A stretch of 52,774 nt of DNA from Spirochaetota bacterium. Lineage in GTDB: Bacteria; Spirochaetota; UBA4802; UBA5550. This document shows, one piece after another, positions 8,140 through 18,506 of the stretch; positions within the stretch are counted from its first letter, which is position 1; every line of letters begins with the position of its first letter. Below the pieces are notes generated by a model, which ran no database searches, had not been told where the DNA came from, and was given only the letters and a program-made list of their open reading frames with translations. The position numbers were made by a program, and so were the translations under genes. The DNA is taken from contig JBBAGC010000001.1 of the NCBI GenBank assembly GCA_041655115.1, positions 1-52,774 of the forward strand. Reading direction: 5' to 3'.

Positions 8140-9164
8140 GAAGGACCCCACGTTGCACGCTCGTGCTGGATGTAATCGAGCCGCATCAGTTTCTCCACCA
8201 CTTCTTCTTTGGACAGCCGCGTCGTGTTGTGTGAATTGTAGTCTTCTGTTACTGAAACCTGTTCCATCCCCTCGGTAAAGTATTTGTTATAGTTCAGATC
8301 TCGGGCATCAGGAATAATCCGGTAGTACGAGCCATGATCCTCCGCTTTGGCGAGTTCCTCGCGGGTGAGCAATGTTTCATACAGTTTTTCACCGTGTCGA
8401 GTCCCGATGATTCTGATGTCGCTGTCGCTTTTGAATATCTCCTTGAGTGCCACTGCCAGGTCATAAATCGTCGAAGCCGGTGATTTCTGAACAAAGATAT
8501 CACCATGCGCGGCATGCTGAAAGGCATGCAGAACCAGGTCGATGGCTTCATCCAGTGACATAAGGAAGCGGGTCATGTTGGGATCTGTTACAGTTAGAGG
8601 TTTTTTTGACTTTATCTGGCTCACGAAGAGCGGGATCACCGAACCTCTTGTTGCCATGACGTTCCCGTACCGGGTACCGCAGAGAACCGTTCCTCCCCCG
8701 TTGCCATTGATAGTTCGGGCCTTTGCAACCATAAGCTTTTCCATCATCGCCTTCGACAAACCCATGGCATTGATGGGATAAACAGCCTTGTCCGTACTGA
8801 GGACAATAACTTTTTTAACATTCCCGGCCAATGCCGCATTCAACACGTTTTCAGCTCCAAGGATATTAGTTCTCACTGCCTCCATCGGATAGAATTCACA
8901 GGAGGGAACCTGTTTGAGCGCTGCGGCGTGAAAAACATAATCAACATCAGTCATGGCAAATTTTACGCTATCGTAATGACGCACATCACCGATATAAAAT
9001 TTCACCTTTGAACTGTTCAGCTCAATCCGCATGTCTTCCTGCTTTTTCTCATCCCGGCTGAAGATACGGATTTCTTTTACTTCGCTGTTCAGGAACCTTC
9101 TTAAAACCGCATTACCGAAGGAGCCGGTTCCACCGGTGATCAGCAGCGTCTTGTTTGCAAACAT
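8136..9164 (-). CDS. fnlA: UDP-GlcNAc 4,6-dehydratase/5-epimerase (FnlA/CapE/WbjB)
   Basis: MFANKTLLITGGTGSFGNAVLRRFLNSEVKEIRIFSRDEKKQEDMR... is nearly collinear with the CapE N terminus as I recall it. Confidence 0.9.
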   Translation of the reverse strand: MFANKTLLITGGTGSFGNAVLRRFLNSEVKEIRIFSRDEKKQEDMRIELNSSKVKFYIGDVRHYDSVKFAMTDVDYVFHAAALKQVPSCEFYPMEAVRTNILGAENVLNAALAGNVKKVIVLSTDKAVYPINAMGLSKAMMEKLMVAKARTINGNGGGTVLCGTRYGNVMATRGSVIPLFVSQIKSKKPLTVTDPNMTRFLMSLDEAIDLVLHAFQHAAHGDIFVQKSPASTIYDLAVALKEIFKSDSDIRIIGTRHGEKLYETLLTREELAKAEDHGSYYRIIPDARDLNYNKYFTEGMEQVSVTEDYNSHNTTRLSKEEVVEKLMRLDYIQHERATWGPS

Positions 9165-9216
9165 AAGGCTCTCCCAGTTTAGAAATTATATTGAAAGTAA
9201 TGAAATCTTGCATGAA

Positions 9217-10434
9217 TCAATCAACAATAATGAAATCAGGCTTTGGTATATTCCCCATCAGCCAAGCATAAAGAGTTTTCGTTTTTTCTGCCTGCAGGGA
9301 CCATAGGTAGTGAGTGTGAACAAGATTTTTTCCGCGATCCCCCATAGCCCGAAGCTGAATTGGATTTGAATCTATTGCACAGTTAAGTGCATTAACCAGT
9401 CCTTCAATTGTAGCATCGGTCCACCACCCACATTGTAAATTTACCAGTTGCTCCCAAGGCGTCGCTTGTGTCGTTATGACAGGGACCCCTGCTGCTAAAG
9501 CATCTAAAACAACCATCGGTGATCCTTCGCTATAAGAGGGCAATATAAACACGTCAGCCGCGGCAAAGGCGTTACGCTTTTCCTGCCCATAAAGAGGACC
9601 GGAAAATATTACAAGATTTTCCAAGTTTAACTTGTGGACTAAGGCAGCTACCTCCTTCAAGTGCCCGAATTCATCAGATCCGGCAACAATCAACAACCAG
9701 TCACTCATGCGGTCTTGAATTCTTGCCATTGCTTCAAGTAGTATTAACAAACCTTTTTTGGGAGTAATCCTGGACATGAACAAAAGAATCCTTTTGTCTT
9801 GACGTATGGCATAAAGATTACGAAACTGCTCGCCGTTTCCCTTACTTTCAAGCCACGCTGGGGACACACCATTTGAAATTAAGGCTATGGGATTTGAGAG
9901 TCCATAATTTCTGAAGTCAGAAATTTCCTCGTCAGACGTTGCATGCAAACACGAAGCATAGTGCAAATTCTTCCCCTCGTATGCCAAATAGGCCATCTGC
10001 TTTTTCCAAGAGGAATGTTTCAAAGCCCACTTCTGCAGTGAGCCATGGGGCGCTACTACTGTAGGTATTCTATGTTTCTCCCTAATTTTTTTTGTCATAT
10101 ACGAGCACGCCGTCCATATGCCATGTTGATGTACCACATCAAAGCATCCTGCTTCGTTCTTCACAGATAAAAACATCTTGTGACTATACCCCAACCTTGA
10201 AAAAACCTTACAGGGGAAGTTTTTGACTTTATTGTCATTTAATCCGAGATGAGCAACAGCCCACTTAATCTGATCGGCTGGATCAAGACACCATAGCCAG
10301 GCGTCGAGACCAAGTTCATTCTGCGACTGGGCCAAACTGACAGCAACATGACCGAGGCCGAATGATTGTTCCCCGATACTGCTAGTAATATGAAGGGTCT
10401 TTAAAGACATTTCATTCAGAGAAGGATCATGCAT
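9217..10434 (-). CDS. GT4-family (Glycos_transf_1) glycosyltransferase
   Basis: C-terminal PSYSEGSPMVVLDALAAGVPVI motif (EX7E type). The start is uncertain: TTG 10449, ATG 10434 or ATG 10410. The gene is A+T-rich. Confidence 0.75.
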   Translation of the reverse strand: MHDPSLNEMSLKTLHITSSIGEQSFGLGHVAVSLAQSQNELGLDAWLWCLDPADQIKWAVAHLGLNDNKVKNFPCKVFSRLGYSHKMFLSVKNEAGCFDVVHQHGIWTACSYMTKKIREKHRIPTVVAPHGSLQKWALKHSSWKKQMAYLAYEGKNLHYASCLHATSDEEISDFRNYGLSNPIALISNGVSPAWLESKGNGEQFRNLYAIRQDKRILLFMSRITPKKGLLILLEAMARIQDRMSDWLLIVAGSDEFGHLKEVAALVHKLNLENLVIFSGPLYGQEKRNAFAAADVFILPSYSEGSPMVVLDALAAGVPVITTQATPWEQLVNLQCGWWTDATIEGLVNALNCAIDSNPIQLRAMGDRGKNLVHTHYLWSLQAEKTKTLYAWLMGNIPKPDFIIVD

Positions 10435-10514
10435 AGCTGAAGAATACAAAGCAAAACCAAAGGGGGTATAGTATCAGGGCAACGCCATAATCCATTCATG
10501 TTACTCTTCTCTTC

Positions 10515-10662
10515 AAGATCTTTAAAAACTATCGATTGTGTCATTTCGACTTCTCCTCTGTCCCTTCGAACGCATGTGAGAAGTCTGAAAGATCCCTCGC
10601 TTTGCTCGGGACATGGATTTCTCGTCGCGATGCTCCTCGAAATGACAAAATTCAAGGGTCTC
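10515..10662 (+). mobile_element. MITE-like repeat copy R3
   Basis: A degenerate left terminus AAGATCTTTAAAAACTATCGATTGTGTCATTTCGA, one 20-bp unit, the conserved core, and a right terminus ending in GGGTCTC. A perfect 5-bp direct repeat TCTTC flanks it at 10510-10514 and 10663-10667. Confidence 0.85.
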
Positions 10663-10714
10663 TCTTCCATTTCTTGAAGATTATTAAAAGCCATCGTGGC
10701 CGGCCAGGTGAAGA

Positions 10715-11704
10715 TCATCGCAGAAGTACCTGACGATTTGGAAATATATTAAGTCTCTGAATCGCCAACAGTAACGGGTATCTCAATATGTGGTAGAGGA
10801 TCAATTTTTTCTCCCTTAAAGCAAGTTGAAGTCTCAGTACCATATATTGATAACAGCTCAAGTTGCCTTTTTTTATAAGCTTCCTGCACTCAGTAAAATA
10901 CCGCTTCCTTTTCTTTCGTTCCTTAATAATTCCATGGAGAACGGCAGAAAAAAAGTTTGATATAGATATGTGATTGTCTCGATAGGCATCCGTATCATAT
11001 AATTTGGTATTGTGTATGCTCGGACGAAAAAGCACCTGGCTCGTTATGTTGATACTTCCAGTCAACAATAATCTCAAAATAACAACACAATCAGATGCGT
11101 ATTCACCTTTGATGAAATAATCAAACGTACAGGCTTCCATCAAACTTTTTCTTCGATGTAATGAGTAAATCAGATTTGCCTTTCCGATACGTTCTTCTTT
11201 CATAACGAGAAACGCTTTCAATCGCCGAAACAAAAATGGTGAAGATAACTCATTTGAATAGTTAAATGTTTTGCCACCATCCCGATCCAGAACAGCTATA
11301 TTACAGAAAGACATGACGGATGTATCATGCTTCTGTAATAGATCTAATGCACATTCAACAAAGGTATTCGACCATTCATCATCATCCGCAGCCCACATGA
11401 AATACTCGCCTCGAGCCATTTCAAGTACATAGTTAAAATTAAAAATCGCACCTTTATTCTCCGTTTGTCTGTAAAATTCTATCCGCTTATCAATGCGGGA
11501 GAATTCATCGACCACCCTTTCGATCTCATCGCCTGGTGTATTGTTGTCTGAAATTATAATCTGAAGGTTTTCATAGGTTTGAGATGTTATACATTCAAGT
11601 GTTCTCCGAAGGCCGTCCCGCCTACTGTATGTTGGGATGCCTACGCTAACCAAGGAAAAAGTTTTGTTAACTCGCTGGTGACTGGTCACGATATAAGGCA
11701 CCAT
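10715..11704 (-). CDS. GT2-family glycosyltransferase
   Basis: VSVGIPTYSRRDGLRRTLECITSQTYENLQIIISDNNT and an AADDDEW motif. The gene is A+T-rich. Confidence 0.8.
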   Translation of the reverse strand: MVPYIVTSHQRVNKTFSLVSVGIPTYSRRDGLRRTLECITSQTYENLQIIISDNNTPGDEIERVVDEFSRIDKRIEFYRQTENKGAIFNFNYVLEMARGEYFMWAADDDEWSNTFVECALDLLQKHDTSVMSFCNIAVLDRDGGKTFNYSNELSSPFLFRRLKAFLVMKEERIGKANLIYSLHRRKSLMEACTFDYFIKGEYASDCVVILRLLLTGSINITSQVLFRPSIHNTKLYDTDAYRDNHISISNFFSAVLHGIIKERKKRKRYFTECRKLIKKGNLSCYQYMVLRLQLALREKKLILYHILRYPLLLAIQRLNIFPNRQVLLR

Positions 11705-11818
11705 AAAATAGTTATCGTACAGGCTGTCTGCATTGTGACATTTGCACCATGAACACTGACCTTATAAAAGGAACGAATAACATCGTTATTGCTATAGAAA
11801 ACGAAAGGAATGTTCGCG

Positions 11819-12796
11819 TCAACCATACTGTTCTCTTAACCACGACCAGGTTCGAGCCAGCCCTTCGTTGAAATCGACTTGCGGCCTCCAACCGGTATGG
11901 TTACGCAATGTGGTGGCATCGAGAACATTAACCTTCACATCGAAGGGTCGGTCAGGCAGGTGATCAACATTAATCGAACCGTTCAATTCATCTATAAAAT
12001 GGGCTGCAGCTTCGATCACATCCATATTGGAACGTCCAACGCCCGATCCTATATTGTAAATCCGGCCGATGTGTCCTCTTACGAGGACGCTGACAATCCC
12101 TTGAGCGAGGTCACTCACATAGATGTAGTCCCGAACCGTTCCTCGGCCTCCGAAGATCCTGATCCGGTCGCCGCACAGGACCGAGGCGAGAGCGGTCGCA
12201 ATGAAACCCTGCCCCGTAAAAGGTTTCTGACCTGGGCCAAATGCATTTGCAGGACGGACGCAGGTGTATTGGAGCCCCTGTGTTGCGCCGAAAAGATGGG
12301 CATAATTCTCCAGAGTCAGCTTCGTGACTCCATAGGGCGAGATGGGTTTCGTGGGATGATCTTCCCGAATAGGGAGACGGCGCGCCTCGCCGTATACCGT
12401 GCCCCCGGATGATACAAACAAAACCTTCCTCTTCATTGCGGCAGCCTCGGCAAATAATTGCAACGTGGGGGGCAGATTTTCCAGCAAATCAGCCAAAGGA
12501 TTTTCAAATGATACATTCGGGACGGTGGCATAAGCCAGGTGGATCACCTCCTCATGAGACCGGAGCAGTTCCCTGATGAGACCCGGCTCTCCGAAATCTC
12601 CCGTGACACGCGACACTTCATACGGAAGCGACGAGAGAGAACCATCGTTCTTGTCCAGTATGGTCACTGAGCGACCGGTCTTGAGAAGTGCATGAACCAA
12701 GTGCGCGCCGATAAATCCGGCGCCGCCAATGACCAACGTGCGAAGGTCGGGGGAAACGATATGATTTTTGTCCTGCGTTACTATTCCGTCGGACAT
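11819..12796 (-). CDS. NAD-dependent sugar epimerase (UDP-glucose 4-epimerase-like SDR)
   Basis: VIGGAGFIGAHLVHALL Rossmann motif and a YGVTK catalytic motif. Confidence 0.75.
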   Translation of the reverse strand: MSDGIVTQDKNHIVSPDLRTLVIGGAGFIGAHLVHALLKTGRSVTILDKNDGSLSSLPYEVSRVTGDFGEPGLIRELLRSHEEVIHLAYATVPNVSFENPLADLLENLPPTLQLFAEAAAMKRKVLFVSSGGTVYGEARRLPIREDHPTKPISPYGVTKLTLENYAHLFGATQGLQYTCVRPANAFGPGQKPFTGQGFIATALASVLCGDRIRIFGGRGTVRDYIYVSDLAQGIVSVLVRGHIGRIYNIGSGVGRSNMDVIEAAAHFIDELNGSINVDHLPDRPFDVKVNVLDATTLRNHTGWRPQVDFNEGLARTWSWLREQYG

Positions 12797-13034
12797 CAGC
12801 GCTCCTCAAAAATATCCGTCATGGTCATCCCAAGATGGAAACAATCGGGTCTTTCACTTTTTTGGCAGTTCCTCGGCCTCTTCGGCGGGAGGTCGAAATG
12901 TATCTCATACGTATGTTCCTATCTTGTCTACAAAATGTCGGTGCGGGCGATTCTATCCCTGTCATCCGAATGTGCAAAGATCTCCTTTTGGGTATACTGT
13001 CTCGCCGGAAATTCATGGCTAGGATTCTCTTTTT

Positions 13035-14540
13035 TCAGGTTGTTCGGAATTGAGCCAATCTACCAAAGATGAAATCTCTCGTCGTCGGAGTGATCGCCAT
13101 CGTCAGAAGTAGTGTCGTACCGGAAATCAGCATGAGCAGGGCGATCATCAATATCTGAGGCATCGAATCATTAACAAAAAGTCTGCCTGCTCCGGCAGTG
13201 GCGAATGCCACAACTAAGGGAAATCCGACGTCTTTTATATACCAGGTTCGTTTTTCGCTGATCAGAAGGCGACGATGCATGAATTGAATTGCGACAAGAA
13301 CATAACCGCTGTTAAGGACAACCCAGACAATGGCTGCACCTACCGCACCGTAGTGCCATGCCATCAGGATCGTCAAGGGAACAATCGCGGTGACAGCAAC
13401 GAGGTTGACATAGAAAGCGAGACGCGTCCACCCGTGTGCCAGTTGCAATGCGTAAGGTATGTTCATCAGGCCGTTCAAAGCCGTGCCGATGATCAGGATG
13501 CTTACAAGAACATGAGCGTTTTCAGCCGTAGTGGGATTCTGTGTCCATAAAAGCAGAATTTCGTAGGAAAAAAAGGCTATGATTGCAGTGACTGGAAGAA
13601 TAAGCACCGACATGAATTGGCAGGCCTTGTGATAAATGCGTTTCGTGTTTTCCTCATCTCTCATCGATACCAATTGAGTAAGACGTGGATAGACAGCGAT
13701 GAATAAAGGGCCGATCAACCGGTACAGTGTTGAAGCAACCATCCATGCAAGCGTGTAATAGCCAAATGTTTCAAGCGGCAACATTTTGCTCAGGATAATT
13801 TTATCTGTCTGGGTAAGCAATGTTCCCAAAATGGAAATTCCACTCATGCCGACGGCAAAGCGCCATACGCCAAGTAACAGTTTTCCCCGAAAGGAAGATT
13901 TCTTAAAAGATGTCGGCAGGCTTCGCCAAAGGAAGCTCCGCATCATTAAGACATGAAGTATACTGACTATGATCTGCCAGACAAAAAAGGTGAAAATCGT
14001 TGGGCTGACAAGCCATAGGACAAGAACCGCTCCACACCAACGAAGAGTTGCGATGATGCTGTTTACGCCACTCAGGAGAACCTGTCGCTGAAGTCCCGTC
14101 AACCCGCCTGAGTAAAAGCTTACCGGCCATTGAACGGCAATCGCAAGACCCATAATCAACATAACCCGTTGCACAACTTCCGACGATAGTTGTTCAGGCT
14201 TGACCCAGTAATGGGCTATATAAGGCGACAGAAGCATGATGGCCAGGCCGATTGCCACGGCAATAAACCAGTAAATGATCTCCATACTGCGGACAAGATC
14301 GCGCATCTCCTGCGCTTTACCGGGAATAGCGGAAAGACGTGCCATCTCCCTGTTAACCGTTGCCCCCAGTCCCGCGTCAAGCAGGAGAAACAGCGCCTGA
14401 AGCGTGATAAAAATTCCGATAAGTCCATAGGCTTCCATTCCCAGAAACTTGATATACAGGGGAATAAAAATGATCGCCATCAGGGCCTGCCAGAAGCTGC
14501 CCGCAAAATTGGCGGCTATGTTTTTTTTAAGAATTGTCAT
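13035..14540 (-). CDS. wzx: Wzx-type oligosaccharide flippase (MOP/PST superfamily)
   Basis: About 500 aa and polytopic. The N terminus KKNIAANFAGSFWQALMAIIFIPLYIKFLGMEAYGLIG is typical of polysaccharide flippases. The ATG at 14540 is preferred over the upstream TTG at 14561. Confidence 0.75.
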   Translation of the reverse strand: MTILKKNIAANFAGSFWQALMAIIFIPLYIKFLGMEAYGLIGIFITLQALFLLLDAGLGATVNREMARLSAIPGKAQEMRDLVRSMEIIYWFIAVAIGLAIMLLSPYIAHYWVKPEQLSSEVVQRVMLIMGLAIAVQWPVSFYSGGLTGLQRQVLLSGVNSIIATLRWCGAVLVLWLVSPTIFTFFVWQIIVSILHVLMMRSFLWRSLPTSFKKSSFRGKLLLGVWRFAVGMSGISILGTLLTQTDKIILSKMLPLETFGYYTLAWMVASTLYRLIGPLFIAVYPRLTQLVSMRDEENTKRIYHKACQFMSVLILPVTAIIAFFSYEILLLWTQNPTTAENAHVLVSILIIGTALNGLMNIPYALQLAHGWTRLAFYVNLVAVTAIVPLTILMAWHYGAVGAAIVWVVLNSGYVLVAIQFMHRRLLISEKRTWYIKDVGFPLVVAFATAGAGRLFVNDSMPQILMIALLMLISGTTLLLTMAITPTTRDFIFGRLAQFRTT

Positions 14541-14571
14541 GCGAATTAGGCGAGGAAGCAAAGCTGTGTCA

Positions 14572-15378
14572 TTATAGTCGCTTCAAATAACCTCCGGGGA
14601 CGGCGGTAATAAGAAGCTTGTTTTCAATCGCACTTTCGATTTCGAAATGAAGGGGAGCGCCGTCAGCGGCCGTTCGTCCTTCAACCTTCAGGCGCCGGAG
14701 ATATTCCCGCACGGCTGTTTTCGGGTTGTTTCCCCGATCCCAGGGACGATCCGGATACATACTTTCCGGCAGGTCCTCGATGATTGTGTCAAAAACGACA
14801 CAGTAGCTTCCCCCGCTTGTCAGAGGTGCGTACGCTTCCAACTCAGCCAAAACATGTTCATGGGTATGATTTGAATCCATACAAATAAATACCCGTTTGT
14901 AATCACTCGCGTAACGGTGAACTTGTTCGATTGTCTCCGGCGCGACGCTGTTTCCTTCGATCATGTCGATCCTGTGAGCCATGGGATGGGTCTCGATCGC
15001 GGCACGGTTGTGAGGGCGAATATCGATATCGAGACCCAGAACTCGGCGTCGAACGTTTTGGGGATTCACCGGCACTCCCGTTGCGGCCGCTTCGCAGTAA
15101 TCAAGCAAGGTGAGCAGGGAGGCGCTCAAGATAAGCGATCCGCCGTGCGCAATGCCGGTTTCGATAATAAGATCGGGTTTTGCCTGCCATACAAGTTCCT
15201 GCAGCGCTATCATGTCTTGTGGATATTGAATAACAGGACGGCCAAGCCAGGAAAAGTTGTATGAATAAAGAGCCCTTATTGAATGACTTGTAAAGGACTT
15301 TGCCGCATCCAACAAGGGATCGTTATGCTGATTTGCTTCGACTCTTGCGCGAACTTCCTGCTCAAAATTCATTTTCAT
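14572..15378 (-). CDS. CmcI / cephalosporin-hydroxylase-family SAM-dependent methyltransferase, copy 1
   Basis: FSWLGRPVIQYPQDMIALQELVWQAKPDLIIETGIAHGGS is characteristic of the CmcI family. The gene overlaps its upstream neighbour by 17 nt. Confidence 0.7.
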   Translation of the reverse strand: MKMNFEQEVRARVEANQHNDPLLDAAKSFTSHSIRALYSYNFSWLGRPVIQYPQDMIALQELVWQAKPDLIIETGIAHGGSLILSASLLTLLDYCEAAATGVPVNPQNVRRRVLGLDIDIRPHNRAAIETHPMAHRIDMIEGNSVAPETIEQVHRYASDYKRVFICMDSNHTHEHVLAELEAYAPLTSGGSYCVVFDTIIEDLPESMYPDRPWDRGNNPKTAVREYLRRLKVEGRTAADGAPLHFEIESAIENKLLITAVPGGYLKRL

Positions 15379-16438
15379 CCACCCTGTAGTACGTCAGTGT
15401 TTCTCCCGCGAGAGATTTGATTTCATCAAAATAGCGTGAATTCATTATAAAAACGGCATCACCTGATTTCATCCCGGCGAGACCATCGGCAGGTGACAGG
15501 ACCGGCAGAGCGGTTGCTGGAAGATATTTTCCCTGTTTTGCCGGATTAATATCGATAACCACATTCGGTGTAAGGTTCCACTTCCGGAAAAGCAGGAAGG
15601 AAAAAATTACACCTTTAGAGGCGGCGCCCCAGATGATGAAGCTTCTCTTGCCACCGGTTTTCATCAGTTCAGCGGCGCGGTCTATTCCTTCAGAAAAATC
15701 GTCAGAAAACACTACCTCCTGAAAACACTTGCCGGGGGATTCACGCAATGTAGAAAGATCAGCAATTACATAAAGGTATTGACCGCCGAATGTTCTTCCC
15801 GATTCCAGTATGCTGTCGAAAAAGCGTGGAAAATCCGAGAGCCGGAAATAGTTAACATGCTCATAATAAATATCGAACCATGCTTTGTGATGGAGAATCC
15901 AGTCGAGGCAGGGAACTTCGATATAGGCAAGTCCCTTTCCTCCGTTGGCATTCCGAACAGCCCGAAGAAACGCCAGGGGATCGGGAATGTGTTCAAGAAC
16001 ATGCCGGAGAATAATGGCGTCGCCGGATATACCCAGGTGAGGAGAAAAGACATCTTTTACGACGTAACGGGAATCTCCCTCATAGGCCGGGTCTACCCCG
16101 GTTATTGAAAAACCTCGAGATCTCAGAATCTCAAGAAACATTCCCTTGCCACACCCGATTTCAAGTATGGACATTCCGCTGAAATGACGTTCAATGATCC
16201 CAGCCGTTGCTTGAAGATGGTCCCGGAATGCCTGCGAGTGTCCCTGCTCATTCTGATAGTACTCGTCATAGCGGATACGATCGGAATCGAAAGAGATATT
16301 GCACACGATTCCTGTCACAGGATCCTGCACAAGCCTGATATCACCACGGGAACAGTGTAAAGCATCCTCCGCTCTTTCGTATACGCGGTTCTGCAAAACG
16401 GGGAAACCATCCATTGCATAGAGTATAGTACGATTCAT
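15362..16438 (-). CDS. Class I SAM-dependent methyltransferase with a C-terminal extension, related to sugar C-methyltransferases
   Basis: ILEIGCGKGMFLEIL motif I and LRHVLEHIPDP. The C-terminal half resembles the accessory domain of the 408-aa methyltransferase at 17280-18506. Confidence 0.7.
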   Translation of the reverse strand: MNRTILYAMDGFPVLQNRVYERAEDALHCSRGDIRLVQDPVTGIVCNISFDSDRIRYDEYYQNEQGHSQAFRDHLQATAGIIERHFSGMSILEIGCGKGMFLEILRSRGFSITGVDPAYEGDSRYVVKDVFSPHLGISGDAIILRHVLEHIPDPLAFLRAVRNANGGKGLAYIEVPCLDWILHHKAWFDIYYEHVNYFRLSDFPRFFDSILESGRTFGGQYLYVIADLSTLRESPGKCFQEVVFSDDFSEGIDRAAELMKTGGKRSFIIWGAASKGVIFSFLLFRKWNLTPNVVIDINPAKQGKYLPATALPVLSPADGLAGMKSGDAVFIMNSRYFDEIKSLAGETLTYYRVDENEF

Positions 16439-17283
16439 TATCTGTCGGTCAGATGCCGCAAAAGTGTCGTGTCTCCCCAGAAGGCCATGGGTTCATAGTC
16501 CGTGTAAGGGTAGTGGCCGAGGTTCAACCGCATATTTTTCCCTCGCCGTGAAAGATGATCCTCAACAAGACTCCTTACGGAGCGGGGATGGCCGCTGCAC
16601 ACATTGACGACTCCGTTGAATTCACGACGCTCGATTATACAAACGAGGAAATCGGCTGCCGTACGCACGGGCAGATAATCGCGAAGCTGTTCGCCGCCTG
16701 ACATATCAAATACGGAATCACCCTGTTCAATCGCCCGATCCAGTTGAGGAAGCAGACTGCTTGGATTCTGTCCCTCACCGTGAAGGTAAAACAACCGTGC
16801 CCACTGCAGCCTGAACGGCATCGTTGCTTGCAGCATCTGCAAACATTTTCGCAGCGTGTCCTTTGCCAGGGCATAGGGTATTTCAGGTCGGGTCACCATT
16901 GTTTCGTTCAAGCTGCCCCACCGCATCCCGTATTCGAGACAGGTTCCCGTAACCAGTATCTGTGCGTATCCATCACCGACGATCGATTTGAGAAATCGAT
17001 AGTCCGCTGGGAGATTGACCTCATAGTGAAAAAGGGCCTTGTAATTGGGTAACCCGGGCCATGCGAGATGGGCTACGGCATCGGCTTCACCGAGAATTTT
17101 CCGGGGCGATGGCTCAATCTGGTGAATATCACAGGATACGAATCGGCATTTATCGAACCAGGGCATAGCTTTGATCCTGTTTTCATCGCGATCGACCGCT
17201 GTTACCCTATGTCCCCGTGAAAGAAGTGCCGAAACAAGATGTCGTCCCACAAATCCGGCAGCTCCGGTGACAATAATATTCAT
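16438..17283 (-). CDS. NAD(P)-dependent SDR, probable CDP-4-keto-6-deoxyhexose reductase
   Basis: MNIIVTGAAGFVGRHLV and a YALAK motif. The ATG at 17283 forms an ATGA overlap with the upstream stop codon. The longer GTG/TTG-initiated ORF (to 17331) was rejected. Confidence 0.7.
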   Translation of the reverse strand: MNIIVTGAAGFVGRHLVSALLSRGHRVTAVDRDENRIKAMPWFDKCRFVSCDIHQIEPSPRKILGEADAVAHLAWPGLPNYKALFHYEVNLPADYRFLKSIVGDGYAQILVTGTCLEYGMRWGSLNETMVTRPEIPYALAKDTLRKCLQMLQATMPFRLQWARLFYLHGEGQNPSSLLPQLDRAIEQGDSVFDMSGGEQLRDYLPVRTAADFLVCIIERREFNGVVNVCSGHPRSVRSLVEDHLSRRGKNMRLNLGHYPYTDYEPMAFWGDTTLLRHLTDR

Positions 17284-18506
17284 TGCACAATCTCCACTCC
17301 AGGTACAGCCACCGCAAAGACTCCCCCCCATTCTTTCACATATGTATGTTGTTCAACGATTTCGGAAGCAATATTCCAAGGTAAAATCAAAACGGTGTCG
17401 GGTTTTTGTTCCCTCAGGACATCAGGTGAAACAATTGGAATGTGGCTTCCGGGAAGAAATTTGCCTTGCTTCGAGAGAGCCGCATCACAAACATAGGGTA
17501 TGAGATCGGGCTTTATACCGGCATAATTCAGAAGCGTGTTTCCCTTTGCCGCCGCGCCGTATGCCGCCACCTTTTTGCCCAGGCGTTTCAGTTCGATAAG
17601 AAACAGAAGCAAGTCATCCTTTATATGCTCAGCCCTCTGTTGAAGAACCCGCCACGTCTCGGGTTTCCGGAGATCCTGCCGCTCTTCTTCGACGATAATT
17701 GCCGAAACCGCCTCCGTGGTCGGTCTGGGGTCTCCCGAGTGACAGCCGTACACGCGAAGACTGCCGCCGTGAGTGGGCAGTTCTTCGACATCAAACACCC
17801 TCAAACCTTCCGTTGTAAAAATGCGATCCACCGTAAAGAGCGAAAGGTACGAGTAATGCTCGTGGTAAACCGTGTCGAACTGGTTCTGTTCGATCAGTCG
17901 CAGCAGGTGGGGAAATTCCAGGGTTATCGTGCCGCCGGGTTTGAGTACTTCCTTAAGTCCGGCGGTGAAATCATTGATGTCGGGCACATGGGCGTAAACG
18001 TTGTTACCGATGACAAGGTCGGCCTGTTTTCCTTCTTCGGAAAGGCGCTCGGCAAGGCCACGGCCGAAAAACTCACGAAGGACGGGGACACCGAGTGTTG
18101 CGGAGGCATCGGCGGTGCTGTCCGTCGGTTCGATACCGAGGCAGGGGATTTTCCCTGATACAAAGTTTTTCAAAAGGTAACCGTCGTTCGAAGCAATCTC
18201 GATCACATAGTTCTCCGGCCCGAGATTCAGTCTTCTTTGTATCATTCTGTAATACGCTTCGGCATGACGGAGCCAGCTTGCCGATACGGAAGAAAAATAG
18301 GCATAATCTTGTGTGAAAAGTTCATCGGCACGGGCATAGTCTTGTGTCTGCACCAGCCAGCATTGTTTGCAGACATAGAGTTTAAGCGGGTAGGTAATCT
18401 CCGGACGGCGCAGATCGTCTTCGCTGCGGTAGGCGTTCGACGGTGGAGCAAAACCCAGATCCAGAAAAACCTCTTCAAGCGGTGACCCGCAATGACGGCA
18501 ATTCAT
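17280..18506 (-). CDS. NDP-hexose C-methyltransferase-like enzyme (N-terminal zinc ribbon, class I methyltransferase, C-terminal accessory domain)
   Basis: MNCRHCGSPLEEVFLDLGFAPPSNAY...LYVCKQCWLVQT is the zinc-ribbon signature of TylCIII-type sugar C-methyltransferases. The size (408 aa) fits that family. Confidence 0.75.
   Translation of the reverse strand: MNCRHCGSPLEEVFLDLGFAPPSNAYRSEDDLRRPEITYPLKLYVCKQCWLVQTQDYARADELFTQDYAYFSSVSASWLRHAEAYYRMIQRRLNLGPENYVIEIASNDGYLLKNFVSGKIPCLGIEPTDSTADASATLGVPVLREFFGRGLAERLSEEGKQADLVIGNNVYAHVPDINDFTAGLKEVLKPGGTITLEFPHLLRLIEQNQFDTVYHEHYSYLSLFTVDRIFTTEGLRVFDVEELPTHGGSLRVYGCHSGDPRPTTEAVSAIIVEEERQDLRKPETWRVLQQRAEHIKDDLLLFLIELKRLGKKVAAYGAAAKGNTLLNYAGIKPDLIPYVCDAALSKQGKFLPGSHIPIVSPDVLREQKPDTVLILPWNIASEIVEQHTYVKEWGGVFAVAVPGVEIVQ

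Noticed and set aside
17442-18158. A 238-aa plus-strand ORF, and similar antisense ORFs such as 6605-7207, 11879-12412, 28329-28925 and 34986-35507
   Set aside because: All lie opposite well-supported minus-strand genes and have no recognisable domains. They were treated as shadow ORFs.
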